Positions 1 through 12,688 of a stretch of DNA of 64,000 bases are shown one piece after another. Source of the stretch: Sulfolobaceae archaeon (GTDB taxonomy: Archaea; Thermoproteota; Thermoprotei_A; Sulfolobales; Sulfolobaceae); contig JAWARQ010000005.1 of the NCBI GenBank assembly GCA_038893355.1, forward strand, positions 113,361 to 177,360, in the 5' to 3' direction. The notes under the pieces were generated by a model, which searched no databases, was not told the DNA's origin, and was given only the letters and a program-made list of their open reading frames with translations. The translations under genes and the position numbers were made by a program. Every line of letters begins with the position of its first letter. The first letter of the stretch is position 1.

Positions 1-1046
1 GCCTCTAATACCTCTTCTCCCTCTACAAGTAAAATAGTATTAAATTTTCTACCTTCCTCAATAGGTTCTAAGTTTTTTATCATATCATAAGCGTTAACGG
101 TTGCAGCTTTTAATATCTCTTTAGAGTAGTCACTTAAAGGATCTTCAAGCCTGGAAATATATAATGCAAAAGACATTTCTTTCCAGATATCTGCATCATT
201 CCATGCTGCATTATCTGTACCTAAAAGTACTTTTACATTATTCCTAATTGCCGATGCAATTCTAGGAATTCCTACTCCAAACCATAAATTACTTCTAGGA
301 CATAAAACAAGCGGAATTCCTAATTCTCCTACCAGTTTAAGTTCGTCTCCAGATAAGTTAGTGCCATGAATGATTAGATTGGGTTTATAAGTCTCAATTA
401 ACCTCTCAAGATCATTTCGTAGCCATTGTCTTACTGTTTCTGAAACATGTACTGCTCTTATTTTATCTATGAATACTTCCCTAATCTTTATTAATTCTCC
501 TTCGGAGTAAAATGTAATACTTGATACATTAAAACCATCTGTAATACTATATAGTTTTCTTAAATTATCTATATTAAATTCATGTAATTCTAATCTGCCT
601 AAAATAACATATTTTACACTATCAATATGTGGCTTTATTGAATTTGCAAGCTGGCTACCAATTAATCCCTGCTCCCTAAAGTCTATAACTCCAAATATTC
701 CAAATTCTTTTGACTTATTCAAAAACTTTAAAATCCATGTTTTAATTGTAATCTCGTCTAATTTTGACAATACTTCATATTTTAGACTATTAGGATCTCC
801 CACGAGTTCTTTAATACTTTTATTAACTCCTTCCTCTAACATAACATAATCAGCTGTATGAGTATGTGAGTTAACGAGTGGTGGTATTGCAATAAGTCTT
901 GAGTAATTTAATCCGTTATTTACGAATCCTTTGCCTATGTGTTCTATTACTCCATTCCTAATTACTAAATGCACATTCTCTACAAATTCAAGTTCTTCCC
1001 CTACTAATACTCCACCAATATTTAGTACGACCTCTTTATCAACCAT
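1..1046 (-). CDS. Metal-dependent amidohydrolase/deaminase, runs off the window start
   Basis: Hand translation from ATG at 1046: [12 protein letters not shown]...IPPLVNSHTHTAD (HxH), later HVSET, HGT, CPRSN and LGTDN motifs. Start overlaps the gch3 stop. Not in the ORF track. Confidence 0.85.
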   Translation of the reverse strand, partial: MVDKEVVLNIGGVLVGEELEFVENVHLVIRNGVIEHIGKGFVNNGLNYSRLIAIPPLVNSHTHTADYVMLEEGVNKSIKELVGDPNSLKYEVLSKLDEITIKTWILKFLNKSKEFGIFGVIDFREQGLIGSQLANSIKPHIDSVKYVILGRLELHEFNIDNLRKLYSITDGFNVSSITFYSEGELIKIREVFIDKIRAVHVSETVRQWLRNDLERLIETYKPNLIIHGTNLSGDELKLVGELGIPLVLCPRSNLWFGVGIPRIASAIRNNVKVLLGTDNAAWNDADIWKEMSFALYISRLEDPLSDYSKEILKAATVNAYDMIKNLEPIEEGRKFNTILLVEGEEVLE

Positions 1047-1717
1047 AATCTTTCCCTATTTCTTCTAATTTCGTCAAGAGCTTCAGCTGCAAGGCTAACA
1101 GCCTTTACTGGTGTCTTAGCAATTCCAATACCTATTTTTAAATTATATTTTATTAAAGTTAAAATTTCTTCTAAATTTGTTTCATTTAGAAACCCTAAAA
1201 TATTATCACCGCCTAAATATTGAATTATACCGCCTAAATTATATATGAATTTAGCTATTTTTACATAAATATCCATCATATAAATGAATGTATTATAAAT
1301 TGAATCTTTTCTGGAAATTTCCGTAAAACCGTTCAAATCGAAATGTACCGAGACTACGTTTTCATCTTTATATTCTCTCAATACGACATCTTCACTAGAC
1401 TCGTTTAAACATCTTGATGCTTTTTCTTGTGCCTCCCTTGGTGTTTTACCATACTCAAGGCAAGCTTTTACTCTAACCGGAGATATCATTTTAATACCAT
1501 CAATAATTCTTAGTATATCATCTTTTGAAACACCATCAACAATAACTAGGAAGGAATCGTATCTAAGAGGTAAGGGAAATGCTTCAACCTTATGACAAAC
1601 CTCCATAAGTGATCTAACTAGACTACTTTGTACAATCTGAATTTTCCATTCTCTATCATAACCTAAAGACTCTGTCCATTCTCTATAACCTATTAGACTT
1701 ACTCCAAGAATTTTCAC
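1022..1717 (-). CDS. gch3: GTP cyclohydrolase III (archaeal riboflavin pathway)
   Basis: [18 protein letters not shown] and YLGGDN motifs; lies in the rib operon. Confidence 0.88.
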   Translation of the reverse strand: MKILGVSLIGYREWTESLGYDREWKIQIVQSSLVRSLMEVCHKVEAFPLPLRYDSFLVIVDGVSKDDILRIIDGIKMISPVRVKACLEYGKTPREAQEKASRCLNESSEDVVLREYKDENVVSVHFDLNGFTEISRKDSIYNTFIYMMDIYVKIAKFIYNLGGIIQYLGGDNILGFLNETNLEEILTLIKYNLKIGIGIAKTPVKAVSLAAEALDEIRRNRERLWLIKRSY

Positions 1718-2184
1718 TCTATAGTCACCGTTTCACCTTCTTTTATCTCTCTTACACTCCTTAAGCTCCTCAACCTTCTCCCTAATTTTACAGCAGCTTC
1801 TACTGCCCTTACAGCATATTCTTCAATTCTCTCTACAGCTTGTTCATGAGTTGCCCCAGGGCCTATAATACCTAACGTTACAGGTTTACCAAATTCTACA
1901 GCTAGATCCATTAATTTTCTTGAAGTTTGGGTTGCAACTATTTCATCATGTTTTGTTTCACCCTTAATTACTGCACCTAAAGTTACTACTGCATCTATAT
2001 CTTCCCTTTTTAATAATTCCTTTACAACTACTGGCATATCATATGTTCCTGGAACCTTCACTACTATCTTAACATCTGAGCCTAGAAATTTTGCATGGTT
2101 TAATGCCCTTTGAAGCATTAAATATGTAATATCATAATTAAATTCTGAAACTACTATCCCTAATCTAATCGATTGGGCCTGCAT
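1714..2184 (-). CDS. ribH: 6,7-dimethyl-8-ribityllumazine synthase
   Basis: [28 protein letters not shown]; second ATG (2184) is the more likely start. Confidence 0.95.
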   Translation of the reverse strand: MQAQSIRLGIVVSEFNYDITYLMLQRALNHAKFLGSDVKIVVKVPGTYDMPVVVKELLKREDIDAVVTLGAVIKGETKHDEIVATQTSRKLMDLAVEFGKPVTLGIIGPGATHEQAVERIEEYAVRAVEAAVKLGRRLRSLRSVREIKEGETVTIE

Positions 2185-2632
2185 CTTTATATCCCTGCCT
2201 AAGACCTTTTCCTGCATAAGGAGTTAATGAATTCTTTCCATCCCTAACAAGAAGAACCAAATTTTTCGCGTGCTTCTTTGCACGATCTAGTGCTATTTCT
2301 TTTAATTTTTCCTCACTTTCAGCCTCATCTTCATGAACCGTAACATCTATTATATGTTTAGAAGTAAGTAACTGGGCCGTAATTATTCCTATACTTGCAG
2401 CTAAGTAGCTAAATTTATCGAGTAAAGTCTTTCCTACCCATCCTAATGTTATTACACCATCACAACCTTCTTCCTCTAAGAGTTTCTTAGCTGCAACTGG
2501 AATATCCTTTATTCCTGGCACGGTGTACCTAATTATTTCTGAATCTGGGTCTTCTCTCTTTATCGTTGAAATTACTATAGATGCCATGTCTACTCTAGAA
2601 AATGTAGTATCAACAACTCCATACTTACGCAA
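2165..2632 (-). CDS. ribC: Archaeal-type riboflavin synthase
   Basis: [37 protein letters not shown]. Confidence 0.95.
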   Translation of the reverse strand: MRKYGVVDTTFSRVDMASIVISTIKREDPDSEIIRYTVPGIKDIPVAAKKLLEEEGCDGVITLGWVGKTLLDKFSYLAASIGIITAQLLTSKHIIDVTVHEDEAESEEKLKEIALDRAKKHAKNLVLLVRDGKNSLTPYAGKGLRQGYKDAGPID

Positions 2633-3293
2633 TTATTCCGACCTCCTTTAAGATTTCTTTCCCTTCAATAAATAACAGACCTTCACTTCTTGCAAACTTC
2701 AACGCGTCTTCTTTACTTAGACTTTTACCTACATCAAGCATTTCAGCAATTACCATACTCCTTTCTAGACCTAATAGTTCAGCCAAAGTTGAAACTAGTT
2801 CGGTATGTCCTTTTCTCTTATTTATCCCTCTAGAGATTAAAATGGGAACATGTCCTGGTGAGTAGAATTCTTGATAAAACTTTTTCTTAGCTTCTTCTTG
2901 ATTAACTTTAATTAATGTTATGACATTATGTAACTCTCTTATTGTCTTTGCTCTATCATAATCTGAAATTCCAGTTTTAGTTGAGATGTGATTTACCCAA
3001 ATCGAAAATGCTGGCTCATCACCATAAGGAGTTCTTTTTACTAGCTCACTGTAACCAAGTAGCTTTAGCTGTTCAGTTAAGAATGATAATCCTAGTATTT
3101 TAGCCTCTTGATGTCCTGTAACATAGCAAATTAATCCCCCTGCCTTTGTTCTCAGTATATAGATTGATTTCCAGGATACCGTACCAGCATAGAATACCAT
3201 ATCTACTTCTTCTTCTCTTCCATCAAAATCGTATATAAGAACCGGCAGACCGGATTCTAAATTTTTCCTTATTTCTGTTTTATTAATTAGCAC
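2625..3293 (-). CDS. ribB: 3,4-dihydroxy-2-butanone 4-phosphate synthase
   Basis: YDFDGREEEVD, TGISDYDRA, PGHV, RKGHTE, AEML. Confidence 0.95.
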   Translation of the reverse strand: MLINKTEIRKNLESGLPVLIYDFDGREEEVDMVFYAGTVSWKSIYILRTKAGGLICYVTGHQEAKILGLSFLTEQLKLLGYSELVKRTPYGDEPAFSIWVNHISTKTGISDYDRAKTIRELHNVITLIKVNQEEAKKKFYQEFYSPGHVPILISRGINKRKGHTELVSTLAELLGLERSMVIAEMLDVGKSLSKEDALKFARSEGLLFIEGKEILKEVGIIA

Positions 3294-3328
3294 AAAATAT
3301 TCGACATCGTAAAACTTTATAAGTGTAT

Positions 3329-3826
3329 TTACTCAGTTCTGCGTAGTATTTTAATTAAAATTGATGATACTATCGATATTATTGAAATTATTATCATTAG
3401 TTTTAATGGATCTATAGCCCATATGGGGCTCGTATTATTATTTATTCCAGTATTATTATTATTTACACTACTTAATATATTTCCCGTGCTAGATTTGTTT
3501 AAAGGTGGTAGTATTATAATTTGTATATTATATGACTTGTTTTGAAGAATTATTTTTATAGTAGAATTCAATAAATATATAGGTATTATAATTTTATTAT
3601 AAAATAAATTTATATCTGAAATATTAGAAGAAAAATTAAATTTTGAAAAATTTACCTCTGATTCAATTACAAGACTAGAAGGAGTTATTTTTATAGTAAA
3701 ATTTATTGGTTTTTCACTATATGTCTCAGAAATATATATATTCACCTCACCAAGAAGCGGTATGTTTAATGTTGTGAAATATGTAGATGTAAGTAATAAT
3801 AGTACTATTATTTTCCACACACTCAC
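3329..3826 (-). CDS. Hypothetical membrane-anchored, Asn-rich surface protein
   Basis: N-terminal signal-like segment, C-terminal TM helix with basic tail, several N-x-S/T sequons. Confidence 0.65.
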   Translation of the reverse strand: MSVWKIIVLLLLTSTYFTTLNIPLLGEVNIYISETYSEKPINFTIKITPSSLVIESEVNFSKFNFSSNISDINLFYNKIIIPIYLLNSTIKIILQNKSYNIQIIILPPLNKSSTGNILSSVNNNNTGINNNTSPIWAIDPLKLMIIISIISIVSSILIKILRRTE

Positions 3827-3865
3827 ATTTTTATTGTAGTAGCATTATTAAGTATTGAATATACT

Positions 3866-4618
3866 ATGTCCTCTTCAGCAACGAATCCATATAATTGGAG
3901 ATTCGTATTAATTTCACAAGTAGGACTATTTGTAATATCTTTCGTTCTTAGTATATATCCTGAATACTTTTTACCAGTTTATATTTTATATTTAATAATA
4001 ATATTTGGAGTAACTAGTATAATAACATATAGATCTAATCCAATACTACGAGAGAGAAAATATATTTCAGAAATAAACTCATCTAGAGTGTTATATGAGC
4101 AGAAGAACGTTAAGGAGATAATGGAAAAGGATACTGAATATCTACAGTACATAGCATCAGTAGCATCTAAGAATCTCAGGTCAATGCTAATAATGTTTGC
4201 ATATACAATATTTATTTTATTATTTTATTCATTCTATTTAGTAAAGATAATTGAAAATATATCAGAAGGTTATATAAAATTTATAATATATATAATATAT
4301 TTTGAATCATTATTCTTGCTAAATTTCTTCTTAATGAGAAGATATATAAATATTGCTCAATTTTCAATAGTGGCTCCTATGAAGTATAAAATAACTGAAA
4401 AGGGTATCCTAGGTGATGCAGGTACAGTATTACATTCAAGGCATCTTCTTAATGCAATTATTACTCCAAATTATCAAAAGAATTACGTAGAAATTGAGGC
4501 TAAGAGTTCTGGTTATCCTTTTAAAATTAGACTATACACAGATAACGTTGATAAGGTTAAAGATATACTTGATAGGGTAAAAAGGTTAGAAATGAAAAGA
4601 CAGTCAACTAACTCTTAG
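3866..4618 (+). CDS. Conserved crenarchaeal membrane protein (DUF2208-like)
   Basis: Four hydrophobic segments plus a soluble C-terminus; family recalled, not searched. Confidence 0.65.
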   Translation: MSSSATNPYNWRFVLISQVGLFVISFVLSIYPEYFLPVYILYLIIIFGVTSIITYRSNPILRERKYISEINSSRVLYEQKNVKEIMEKDTEYLQYIASVASKNLRSMLIMFAYTIFILLFYSFYLVKIIENISEGYIKFIIYIIYFESLFLLNFFLMRRYINIAQFSIVAPMKYKITEKGILGDAGTVLHSRHLLNAIITPNYQKNYVEIEAKSSGYPFKIRLYTDNVDKVKDILDRVKRLEMKRQSTNS

Positions 4619-5923
4619 CTTTATAGAACTAAAGTGAAAATGAGAATACGTAGCTAAGGTATTATTTAGTATTACTCCTTCAAAACCATTTATAATACCC
4701 TTTCCTCTTTCTACCTTAAATGCAAATTCTTCCTTTCCTACTCTTACCGGTTTAGATATATGAAATTCGTGACCTCTTACCTTCTCTCCAGATCTTGAAA
4801 TTATATTATCCTTAATCGAGAATAGCTCAGTATAACCTATCGTTAGTTTTGGGTTTTCCACACTTATATCAATATCAAATAAATTTACCATATTATACTT
4901 CTTTCCGTCAGAATAAATTGAAGAAGATAAATACATGAGACCTCCACACTCTGCAAAGATATATTTTGAATTGTAAGATAAATCTTTTAACCATTTTTTT
5001 GTAGAATTAGATTTTTCTAGTTCATCTAAATGCAGTTCTGGATAACCTCCTCCAATGTATACAAAATCAGCATTGTCTACTTTTTCATTATTAATTGGGC
5101 TAAAGAAATTAATTATAAAATATTTTTTTAATATATCAATATTTTCTTGATAATAAAAGGAAAATGCAGAGTCCAATGCTATTGCTACAATCTTTTTATT
5201 ATTAGCAGTTATTTCTTCAGTTTCTAAATAATCTTCAGTAACCTCTTCTGCACTTGTAGCAATTTCTAGTATCGAGTCTATATCGACAAAATTTTCTACA
5301 TAATTTGAAACTAATGAAATTACTTCTTCTACCTTAGTCTTGTAATCATCTATAGTGATTAAACCCAAATGTCTTGAAGGTACTGTTAAATCCTTAGAGT
5401 ATGGTATGTAGCCTAAAACCTTTATGCCAGCAGGAATTGATCTTTTACAGTATTCATAATGTGAATCAGAGCCAATTCTATTAAATATTACACCTTTTAT
5501 TAAACTATCATTTTTAAAAGTATAAAGACCATGAACTATAGCACCTACTGTAGATGACATGCCTTTACAGTCAATAACAAGAATTACTGGAGACTTAGTT
5601 ATCCTTGCTACTTCATATGTACTAAAACGGAAATCAATACCGTCATAATAACCCATTACACCTTCAATTATACTAATATCATAACCCTTTGAGTATTTTA
5701 TTAGACTTTTTTTGACATTTTCCTCGCCCATTAACCAAAGATCTAAGTTTATTGATGAAGAACCAGTAGCTATACGATGATAACCTGGATCTATGTAATC
5801 TGGACCTATTTTAAAAGGTCTTACTTTCATTTTTCTAGAAATTACCCTCATAATCCCTGAGGATATTAATGTCTTACCAGAATTACTTCTATCCGAAGAT
5901 ATAACTACACGGTTTAATTTCAT
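4604..5923 (-). CDS. cbiA: Cobyrinate a,c-diamide synthase
   Basis: [42 protein letters not shown]. Confidence 0.93.
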   Translation of the reverse strand: MKLNRVVISSDRSNSGKTLISSGIMRVISRKMKVRPFKIGPDYIDPGYHRIATGSSSINLDLWLMGEENVKKSLIKYSKGYDISIIEGVMGYYDGIDFRFSTYEVARITKSPVILVIDCKGMSSTVGAIVHGLYTFKNDSLIKGVIFNRIGSDSHYEYCKRSIPAGIKVLGYIPYSKDLTVPSRHLGLITIDDYKTKVEEVISLVSNYVENFVDIDSILEIATSAEEVTEDYLETEEITANNKKIVAIALDSAFSFYYQENIDILKKYFIINFFSPINNEKVDNADFVYIGGGYPELHLDELEKSNSTKKWLKDLSYNSKYIFAECGGLMYLSSSIYSDGKKYNMVNLFDIDISVENPKLTIGYTELFSIKDNIISRSGEKVRGHEFHISKPVRVGKEEFAFKVERGKGIINGFEGVILNNTLATYSHFHFSSIKLRVS

Positions 5924-5970
5924 GCTAAATGTTAAATTCGTTATAGTCCTATTTAATTATAGGGTTAAAG

Positions 5971-6711
5971 ATGAAAGTAGCATATAATGATGCGAGATCT
6001 ATTAAAGCAATTATTGAGACTTTAGCTAAATTGGTAGATGAGGCTATATTTAAGTTTAAACCAGAAGGGATAGAGTTAGAAGCGCTAGAGAGGGCTCATA
6101 TTGCATTTATAAAGCTTTCTTTACCTAAAGAAATGTTTAATGAGTATGAAATACAAGAAGAATTTAATTTTGGATTTAACACTCAATATTTATTAAAAAT
6201 CTTTAAAGGAATAAAGAGAAAAGAGGGAATTATAATTGAAAGTGAATCACCAGAATTAGTTTCCCTACAAGTCTTAGGATCTGTAAATAGAGTATATAAG
6301 ATAAAGAATTTAGATGTATTGCCCCCAGAAATTCCTTCGTTTAATCTGGAGTTCGAAGTTACTGCATCTATTACAAGTAACGGATTTAAAAAGGCTATTC
6401 AACAAATAACCTCTGTAAGTGACTCTGTTAACTTTTCTATATCTGAAGATGCACTAATATTAAGGTCTGAAGGTGAAAATAAAGTTGAGGTTGAATTTAG
6501 CAAGGAGAATGGTAGCTTACAGTCTATAGAATTCACGAAACCAGTAAGTGTTTCTTATGCAGGAGATTATTTAAATGATATTTTATCGTTAACCAAATTA
6601 TCGGATTATGTTAATGTAAGCTTTTCAGAAAATAAACCTCTGCAGTTAGAATTTAATATGGAGGGGGGCGGAAAAGTTAATTATATCCAGGCCCCTAAGG
6701 TAGTTCAATGA
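5971..6711 (+). CDS. pcn: PCNA sliding clamp subunit (PCNA3-like)
   Basis: LVDEA, FGFNTQYL, KPLQLEFNMEGGGKV..APK. Confidence 0.93.
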   Translation: MKVAYNDARSIKAIIETLAKLVDEAIFKFKPEGIELEALERAHIAFIKLSLPKEMFNEYEIQEEFNFGFNTQYLLKIFKGIKRKEGIIIESESPELVSLQVLGSVNRVYKIKNLDVLPPEIPSFNLEFEVTASITSNGFKKAIQQITSVSDSVNFSISEDALILRSEGENKVEVEFSKENGSLQSIEFTKPVSVSYAGDYLNDILSLTKLSDYVNVSFSENKPLQLEFNMEGGGKVNYIQAPKVVQ

Positions 6712-7679
6712 AGATACAAACTGCAGTAGTTGGAAGCTACCCTAAGCCTATAAGGCTAGCTAAGACTCAATCAAAATTTTTAAATAAAAAAATAGATGAG
6801 AAAAAATATCAAGAAACGTTATATAATTTTACAAAAATTTTTCTTAATAAAATGAAGAATTTCAATATAGATTATGTTACTAGTGGTCTCTTAAGATTTG
6901 ATGATATAGTTGATATAACTTTCAGCTACTTAGAAGGGGCAGAAAAATTCGAGTTAGTGAGATTTTTTGATAATAATTTTTACTATAGAAAACCTTTAAT
7001 TAAAAATAAACTAAAAAAGAAAAATACTATATACCTTGAGGATTTAAAAATGGCTAAAAAAATTCTTGGTGAAATAGAATATAAGGCTAAGTTAAAGGCA
7101 GTAATTTTAGGTCCCTTAACTTACTATAGATTAAGTGATGATAGTTACTATAATGATGAAATAGAACTTATCATGGATTATTCTAAAGAAACAAATTCAG
7201 TAATAAAAGATACTGAAGGTATTGTCGATGCGGTAGAGATTCATGAACCTTCTATATCTGAGAAAGGTTTACCTAAAAAAATAATAGAAAGATTGCCTGA
7301 AATTTATGATGAGTTATTAAAGGGAGTAAATCTAGAAAAACATCTTATTACTTATTTTAAAATAAATAATGTAAAGATATTTAATATTGTAAATAAAACT
7401 AATATAGATATCATAGGTTTTGATGCTATAGAAAATAAAAAGAAATTAGGAATGATATATAAATATTTAAAAGAAAAAAACTTATATTTAGGAGTTATAG
7501 ATTCAAGAAATACTAAATTAGATAAAGCGACATTTATAAAAAATGTTATAGAAACGGCTTCAAAATATGGGATAAAGAGAATGATTATAGGCAATTCAAG
7601 CTTATTAGATTTTATACCAGAAGTTGTTGTTGAGCGAAAATTGAAAATTTTAAGCAAGGTGGTGAAGACTTTTGAATAA
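6708..7679 (+). CDS. Split cobalamin-independent methionine synthase, N-terminal-like (non-catalytic) subunit
   Basis: [27 protein letters not shown]; lacks Zn ligands; coupled to the next gene. Confidence 0.8.
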   Translation: MKIQTAVVGSYPKPIRLAKTQSKFLNKKIDEKKYQETLYNFTKIFLNKMKNFNIDYVTSGLLRFDDIVDITFSYLEGAEKFELVRFFDNNFYYRKPLIKNKLKKKNTIYLEDLKMAKKILGEIEYKAKLKAVILGPLTYYRLSDDSYYNDEIELIMDYSKETNSVIKDTEGIVDAVEIHEPSISEKGLPKKIIERLPEIYDELLKGVNLEKHLITYFKINNVKIFNIVNKTNIDIIGFDAIENKKKLGMIYKYLKEKNLYLGVIDSRNTKLDKATFIKNVIETASKYGIKRMIIGNSSLLDFIPEVVVERKLKILSKVVKTFE

Positions 7680-8670
7680 ACTCCCCTTATTACCAACTAC
7701 AGTAATTGGCAGTTATCCTAGGCCTAAGTGGTTAAGAGAAACAATTAGATTATATAATGCAGGAAAAATTGGTGAAGAAGATTTAAGAGAGGCATTTGAT
7801 GATGCAGTAATAACGGTATTTAATGAGCAATATAGAGCAGGAGTAGATGTACCTACTGATGGTGAAATGAGAAGAGATGAAATGGTTGAATTCTTTGCAG
7901 AGAGAATAAAAGGATTCAAATTTTATGGTCCAGTGAGAGTATGGGGGACTGCATATTATAGAAAACCTGCAGTTGTAAGAAGATTAGAATATGATAAGCC
8001 AATGTTATTAGAAGAGTTCCTTTTCGCAAAAACTGTATCTTATACTGAAAACCTAAAGATAACGATAACTGGACCTTACACTATTGCAGAATGGTCATAC
8101 AACGAGTATTATAAAGATAAGAGAGAACTCGTATTCGACCTTGCAAAGATAATTAATCAAGAAATTAGGAATTTAGTAGATGCAGGTGCAAAAATAATTC
8201 AAATTGATGAACCTGCACTTCACACTAGAAAGGAAGATATTGAATGGGGGATCCAGGCTGTAAATGAAGCTGTTAAAGGAGTTAATGCAAAGTTAGTTAT
8301 GCATATTTGCTATGGTGATTATACATTGATTGCACCTTATTTAAATGAAATAAAAGTTGATCAAATAAATTTTGCATTAAAAATTTATAATTATAAACCT
8401 TTAAAGTTATTTAAAAAATATGAATATGAAAAAGAAATTGGAATTGGTGTAATTGATGTACATAATAAAAGGGTAGAAACCCCTGAAGAAGTTGCAAAAG
8501 ATATAAAAAACGCATTGGAATTCTTCCCACCAGAAAAAGTTTGGATAAATCCAGATTGTGGACTTAAATTACTTCCTAGAAAGATAGCTTATGAGAAATT
8601 GGTTTCAATGGTAAAAGGTACTAAAATAGTGAGAGAAGAACTTAAAAAGAGGGGTTATAATGTAGAATGA
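7672..8670 (+). CDS. metE: Methionine synthase, catalytic Zn subunit
   Basis: [35 protein letters not shown]. Confidence 0.92.
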   Translation: MNKLPLLPTTVIGSYPRPKWLRETIRLYNAGKIGEEDLREAFDDAVITVFNEQYRAGVDVPTDGEMRRDEMVEFFAERIKGFKFYGPVRVWGTAYYRKPAVVRRLEYDKPMLLEEFLFAKTVSYTENLKITITGPYTIAEWSYNEYYKDKRELVFDLAKIINQEIRNLVDAGAKIIQIDEPALHTRKEDIEWGIQAVNEAVKGVNAKLVMHICYGDYTLIAPYLNEIKVDQINFALKIYNYKPLKLFKKYEYEKEIGIGVIDVHNKRVETPEEVAKDIKNALEFFPPEKVWINPDCGLKLLPRKIAYEKLVSMVKGTKIVREELKKRGYNVE

Positions 8671-8689
8671 AAAAGAAGGGGTTATAATA

Positions 8690-9154
8690 ATGAACAAGAA
8701 GAGGGCAAAAGGAAAATCTCATTCTACAAGACCAGCTAGGGCAGGTGCTCCAAAATGGGTTAGATTTACTAGAGAAGAAGTTGAAGCACTAGTTGAAGAA
8801 TTAGCAAGAAAGGGATATACTCCTAGTATGATTGGTTTAATCTTAAGGGATCAGTATGGCATACCATTAGTGAAACAAGTAACTGGAAAGAAGATTACCA
8901 AGATTTTAGAAGAAAAGGGCTTATTACCACAAATCCCAGAGGATTTATTCAACTTAATCAAGAAAGCTGTAAATGTTAGAAGGCACTTAAGAGAATATCC
9001 GAAGGATAAGGTAGCGAAAAAAGGTTTAGAGGAAATTGAATCTAAGATTAGAAGACTGGTAAGATATTATAAATCAATAGGTCGATTGCCACAAGAATGG
9101 CAATATGATCCAGAAAAAGCTGAGCTATTAATAGCTGGAAGTGTTACCTCTTAA
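8690..9154 (+). CDS. rps15: 30S ribosomal protein uS15
   Basis: [34 protein letters not shown]. Confidence 0.97.
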   Translation: MNKKRAKGKSHSTRPARAGAPKWVRFTREEVEALVEELARKGYTPSMIGLILRDQYGIPLVKQVTGKKITKILEEKGLLPQIPEDLFNLIKKAVNVRRHLREYPKDKVAKKGLEEIESKIRRLVRYYKSIGRLPQEWQYDPEKAELLIAGSVTS

Positions 9155-9519
9155 ATAACACTCTTAATTCTATCAACTAATACTTCTGCTATTCTTTTAT
9201 CTACACCTAAGGGATCAGCTATTACAACCTCAATATCTTTACCATTAAAATTTACCTTTCCATCTTTAATTCTTAGCTTTTCTGGAATATCCTTTTTAAA
9301 ATGAGTTCCTGCAGCAAATAGTAACGGAACAACTACTACTTTTGTTGCACCATCTTTTATCAATTTTTCTAAAGCTTCCCTAATATCTGGCTTATTTATT
9401 TCTAAGAAGCCATATTCTACTAACTCATAGTAATTTTTTAATAATTCCTTATAGCCTATAGCAGTATTTACCCATTCGCTAACTTTACTCCCGTGTAGTA
9501 CAAGTAGTATTCCTATCAT
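9151..9519 (-). CDS. cbiX: Small sirohydrochlorin chelatase (CbiX-S)
   Basis: [27 protein letters not shown]. Confidence 0.88.
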   Translation of the reverse strand: MIGILLVLHGSKVSEWVNTAIGYKELLKNYYELVEYGFLEINKPDIREALEKLIKDGATKVVVVPLLFAAGTHFKKDIPEKLRIKDGKVNFNGKDIEVVIADPLGVDKRIAEVLVDRIKSVI

Positions 9520-9585
9520 ACATTTAATTAATGTACCTTGATTTTATATATTTGTTCTAAGTACAATGCATAGGTGTAATCTTAT

Positions 9586-10227
9586 TTGCCAGATTTTAAG
9601 ATTGTAGTCTCTGATCCTGCAACGAAAACTAATAATAAGGTAAAGGTTAAAGTCAAGGCAGATGATAGTGTAAAATCTATACCTGGTGAAAAAGATAATA
9701 GAAGTTTACCTATCGCCAAATTGAATTATAAATTAAAAGAAAAATTGAATTTGGATAATTTTGTGACAATAGAAACTACTAAAAAAGAAGGAGAAAAGGT
9801 AATTAAAGTTAAATCTCACTTTAAAATAGAAATTGATAATTCAGTACCAGAGAATGAAATTTGGATCAGTAAATCTATGTCGGAAAAGTTTGGAAATCAA
9901 GAATTTGAAGCATTTGCTTATAGGACAAAGAGTTTTCAGCTCCTAGTTGATCAAAATAAGGTAAATATGTTAATAGGTATGAAAATAGGCGATACATTTG
10001 ATGGTAATGTAATTGGAATTCCATATAAGCTAAAAATAACTGGCGGTTCGGATAATTCTGGATTTCCTATGCGGCCAGATGTTCAAGGTGCAGCTAAGAG
10101 ACAAATATTACTTTCTGGTCCACCTGGATTTTGGCCTAAAGAAGATGGAGAGAGAAGAAGGAAGACGATACGAGGTAATACGATAAGTCCAGAATTAGTA
10201 CAAATAAATACAGTAATAGTAAGGTGA
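9586..10227 (+). CDS. rps6e: 30S ribosomal protein eS6 (long Sulfolobales form)
   Basis: [30 protein letters not shown]; TTG start. Confidence 0.95.
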   Translation: MPDFKIVVSDPATKTNNKVKVKVKADDSVKSIPGEKDNRSLPIAKLNYKLKEKLNLDNFVTIETTKKEGEKVIKVKSHFKIEIDNSVPENEIWISKSMSEKFGNQEFEAFAYRTKSFQLLVDQNKVNMLIGMKIGDTFDGNVIGIPYKLKITGGSDNSGFPMRPDVQGAAKRQILLSGPPGFWPKEDGERRRKTIRGNTISPELVQINTVIVR

Positions 10228-10231
10228 TGAA

Positions 10232-11476
10232 TTGCCCTGGCCTAAGGTACAGCCTGAAGTAAATATAGGTGTAGTAGGCCATGTAGATCATGGTAAAACT
10301 ACACTAGTGCAAGCTATAACTGGTATATGGACATCTAAACATTCTGAAGAGCTTAAAAGAGGAATGACTATAAAATTAGGTTATGCAGAGGCATCAATAG
10401 GAATTTGTAGCAGTTGTAAGGTACCAGAAGCCTATACTACAGAACCTTCATGTAAGCATTGCGGAAGTGATGAAGAACCTAAATTTCTTCGTAGGGTTTC
10501 ATTCATTGATGCACCAGGTCATGAAATATTAATGACAACAATGCTTTCTGGAGCCGCTTTAATGGATGGTGCAATCCTAGTTGTTGCAGCTAATGAACCA
10601 TTTCCTCAACCCCAAACTCTAGAGCACTTTATGGCATTACAGATAATTAACGTAAAAAATATTATAATAGTTCAGAATAAAGTTGATGTAGTAAGTAGAG
10701 ATGAGGCTTTTACACAGTATAAAAAAATGAAAGAGTTTTTTAAAGGAACTATAGCAGAAAATGCGCCTATAATACCAATAAGTGCATTGCATAAGATAAA
10801 TATAGATGCGGTATTGGAAGAGATTGAGAAGAATATAAAGACGCCAAACCGAGACTTATCTAAGACTCCACTTCTATTAAGCATTAGAAGCTTTGATGTA
10901 AATAGGCCAGGTACGACATTTGATAACTTAAAGGGTGGAGTAATAGGTGGAAGTATTATTCAAGGAAAGTTTAGAGTAGGACAAGAGATAAAGATTTTAC
11001 CCGGTATAAGGGTTGAGAAAGGCGGTAAGGCTGAGTATAAAGAGATTTACACAGAAATTGCATCTTTAAGATTTGGAGATACGGAAGTTGAAGAAGCTAA
11101 GCCGGGTGGATTAGTAGCAATTGGTACGTATTTAGACCCATCTATAACTAAGGCTGATGCACTAGTTGGAAGCGTAGTAACTGATGCAAGTGCGAATTTT
11201 GAGATCTTGAATAGAATTACAGTGGAATATAATCTGTTAGATAGAATTGTAGGAATTAAGGATGCGGTTAAAGTGGAGCAGATAAGGCCAAGAGAAAAGC
11301 TTATCATAACTGTAGGTTCAACAACTACACTTGGCGAAGTTACTAAAGTAGGAAAGGATAGTATGGAATTAAATTTATTAAAGCCAGTAGTTTTATGGGA
11401 TAAAAGGTTAAGAGTAGTTATAAGTAGACAAGTAGGCGGAAGATGGAGATTAGCAGGATGGGGAATAATTCAGTAA
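10232..11476 (+). CDS. eif2g: Translation initiation factor aIF2 gamma
   Basis: [27 protein letters not shown], Zn knuckle. Confidence 0.97.
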   Translation: MPWPKVQPEVNIGVVGHVDHGKTTLVQAITGIWTSKHSEELKRGMTIKLGYAEASIGICSSCKVPEAYTTEPSCKHCGSDEEPKFLRRVSFIDAPGHEILMTTMLSGAALMDGAILVVAANEPFPQPQTLEHFMALQIINVKNIIIVQNKVDVVSRDEAFTQYKKMKEFFKGTIAENAPIIPISALHKINIDAVLEEIEKNIKTPNRDLSKTPLLLSIRSFDVNRPGTTFDNLKGGVIGGSIIQGKFRVGQEIKILPGIRVEKGGKAEYKEIYTEIASLRFGDTEVEEAKPGGLVAIGTYLDPSITKADALVGSVVTDASANFEILNRITVEYNLLDRIVGIKDAVKVEQIRPREKLIITVGSTTTLGEVTKVGKDSMELNLLKPVVLWDKRLRVVISRQVGGRWRLAGWGIIQ

Positions 11477-11901
11477 CAGGAGTTCTATTAGATACTAACT
11501 TATTACTTTATGCATATGATGGATTAGATATTTTTGAAAAAATTTTAAATTTTCTAGATTATAAACCTTTATTTTTTATTCATAAAAGAGTATTAGATGA
11601 ATTAAACAAAATAGAGAATAGTAATAGAGGAAGACAATTAATATTAAATAAAATTCGTGTAGCTAAGATTCTTCTAGAGAAATATAAGAGTTGGTGGAAG
11701 ATAATTTCAGAAGATTCTGATGAGTATAAAAAAGTAGATGAGGTTTTAATAGAAACATCGATAAAATACAAACTTTGGCTTGCTACTAGTGATTATAAGT
11801 TATGTCAGATAGCACTTAAGAAAGGAGTAACTGTATTATACGTTACTAAAAATACAAATAGGCTAATTCTTATACACCCAGATAGAGTAAATAAACTTTA
11901 A
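11443..11901 (+). CDS. PIN-domain ribonuclease (Fcf1/Utp24-like)
   Basis: LLDTN, VLDEL, VDE, ATSD; usual position between aIF2g and rpoE. Confidence 0.8.
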   Translation: MEISRMGNNSVTGVLLDTNLLLYAYDGLDIFEKILNFLDYKPLFFIHKRVLDELNKIENSNRGRQLILNKIRVAKILLEKYKSWWKIISEDSDEYKKVDEVLIETSIKYKLWLATSDYKLCQIALKKGVTVLYVTKNTNRLILIHPDRVNKL

Positions 11902-11926
11902 TCCTAGACTTACTTTTGATAATTGA

Positions 11927-12472
11927 TTGGTAATGTATAAACTCATTAAAGCGAAGGGTATTGTAAGAATACCTCCCGATCTCTTTGATAAACCTTTAAA
12001 TGATGTTACTTTGGAAATCTTAAGGAAGGAGTTCCAAGAAAAACTAATTAAAGATTTAGGTCTAGTATTAACTGTAATAGATGCGAAAGTAAGTGAGGAA
12101 GGGTTTCTAGTCTTTGGTGATGGTGGAACTTATCATGAGGTGGAATTTACGATACTAAGTTATGTTCCTCTTCAGCAAGAATTAGTTGAGGGTGAAATAA
12201 CTTCTGTAGATAATATTGGAATTTATGTAAACATAGGACCTATTGATGGGTTTGTACACATTTCACAAATAACTGATGAACAATTAAAATATGACGGTAG
12301 TAGAGGTATTTTGATAGGGGAAAGGACGAAGAGGATATATCAAAAGGGTGATAGAGTAAGGGCTAGAATAACTGCAATATCGCCAGGAGGAGTTAATAGA
12401 TTACCGAGAGTAGCACTGACTATGCGTCAACCCTATTTAGGAAAAATAGAAGTAAAAACAGTAAAGAGCTGA
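11927..12472 (+). CDS. rpo7: RNA polymerase subunit Rpo7 (E')
   Basis: VRIPP, GDGGTYH, S1 domain with DGFVHISQI. Confidence 0.95.
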   Translation: MVMYKLIKAKGIVRIPPDLFDKPLNDVTLEILRKEFQEKLIKDLGLVLTVIDAKVSEEGFLVFGDGGTYHEVEFTILSYVPLQQELVEGEITSVDNIGIYVNIGPIDGFVHISQITDEQLKYDGSRGILIGERTKRIYQKGDRVRARITAISPGGVNRLPRVALTMRQPYLGKIEVKTVKS

Positions 12473-12478
12473 ATTTAG

Positions 12479-12688
12479 ATGGCAGAGAAAAAGAGGTCTA
12501 AATCAATAAGAGCATGTAAGAGGTGTAGGACAATAATTACTGGCAAAGAGGAGGTATGTCCAGTTTGTGGATCAACTGAACTTAGTGATGAATGGAGTGG
12601 AGTAGTAATAATATTGAGGGAAGATTCAGAAATTACTGAAATATTTGGAGAAAAAAGACCAGGAAAGTATGCGGTGAATGTAAAATAG
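12479..12688 (+). CDS. spt4: Transcription elongation factor Spt4
   Basis: ACKRC...CPVCGS, WSG, PGKYA. Confidence 0.93.
   Translation: MAEKKRSKSIRACKRCRTIITGKEEVCPVCGSTELSDEWSGVVIILREDSEITEIFGEKRPGKYAVNVK

Noticed and set aside
6708-8670. Two tandem MetE-like genes as a novelty
   Set aside because: Split MetE is a known archaeal arrangement
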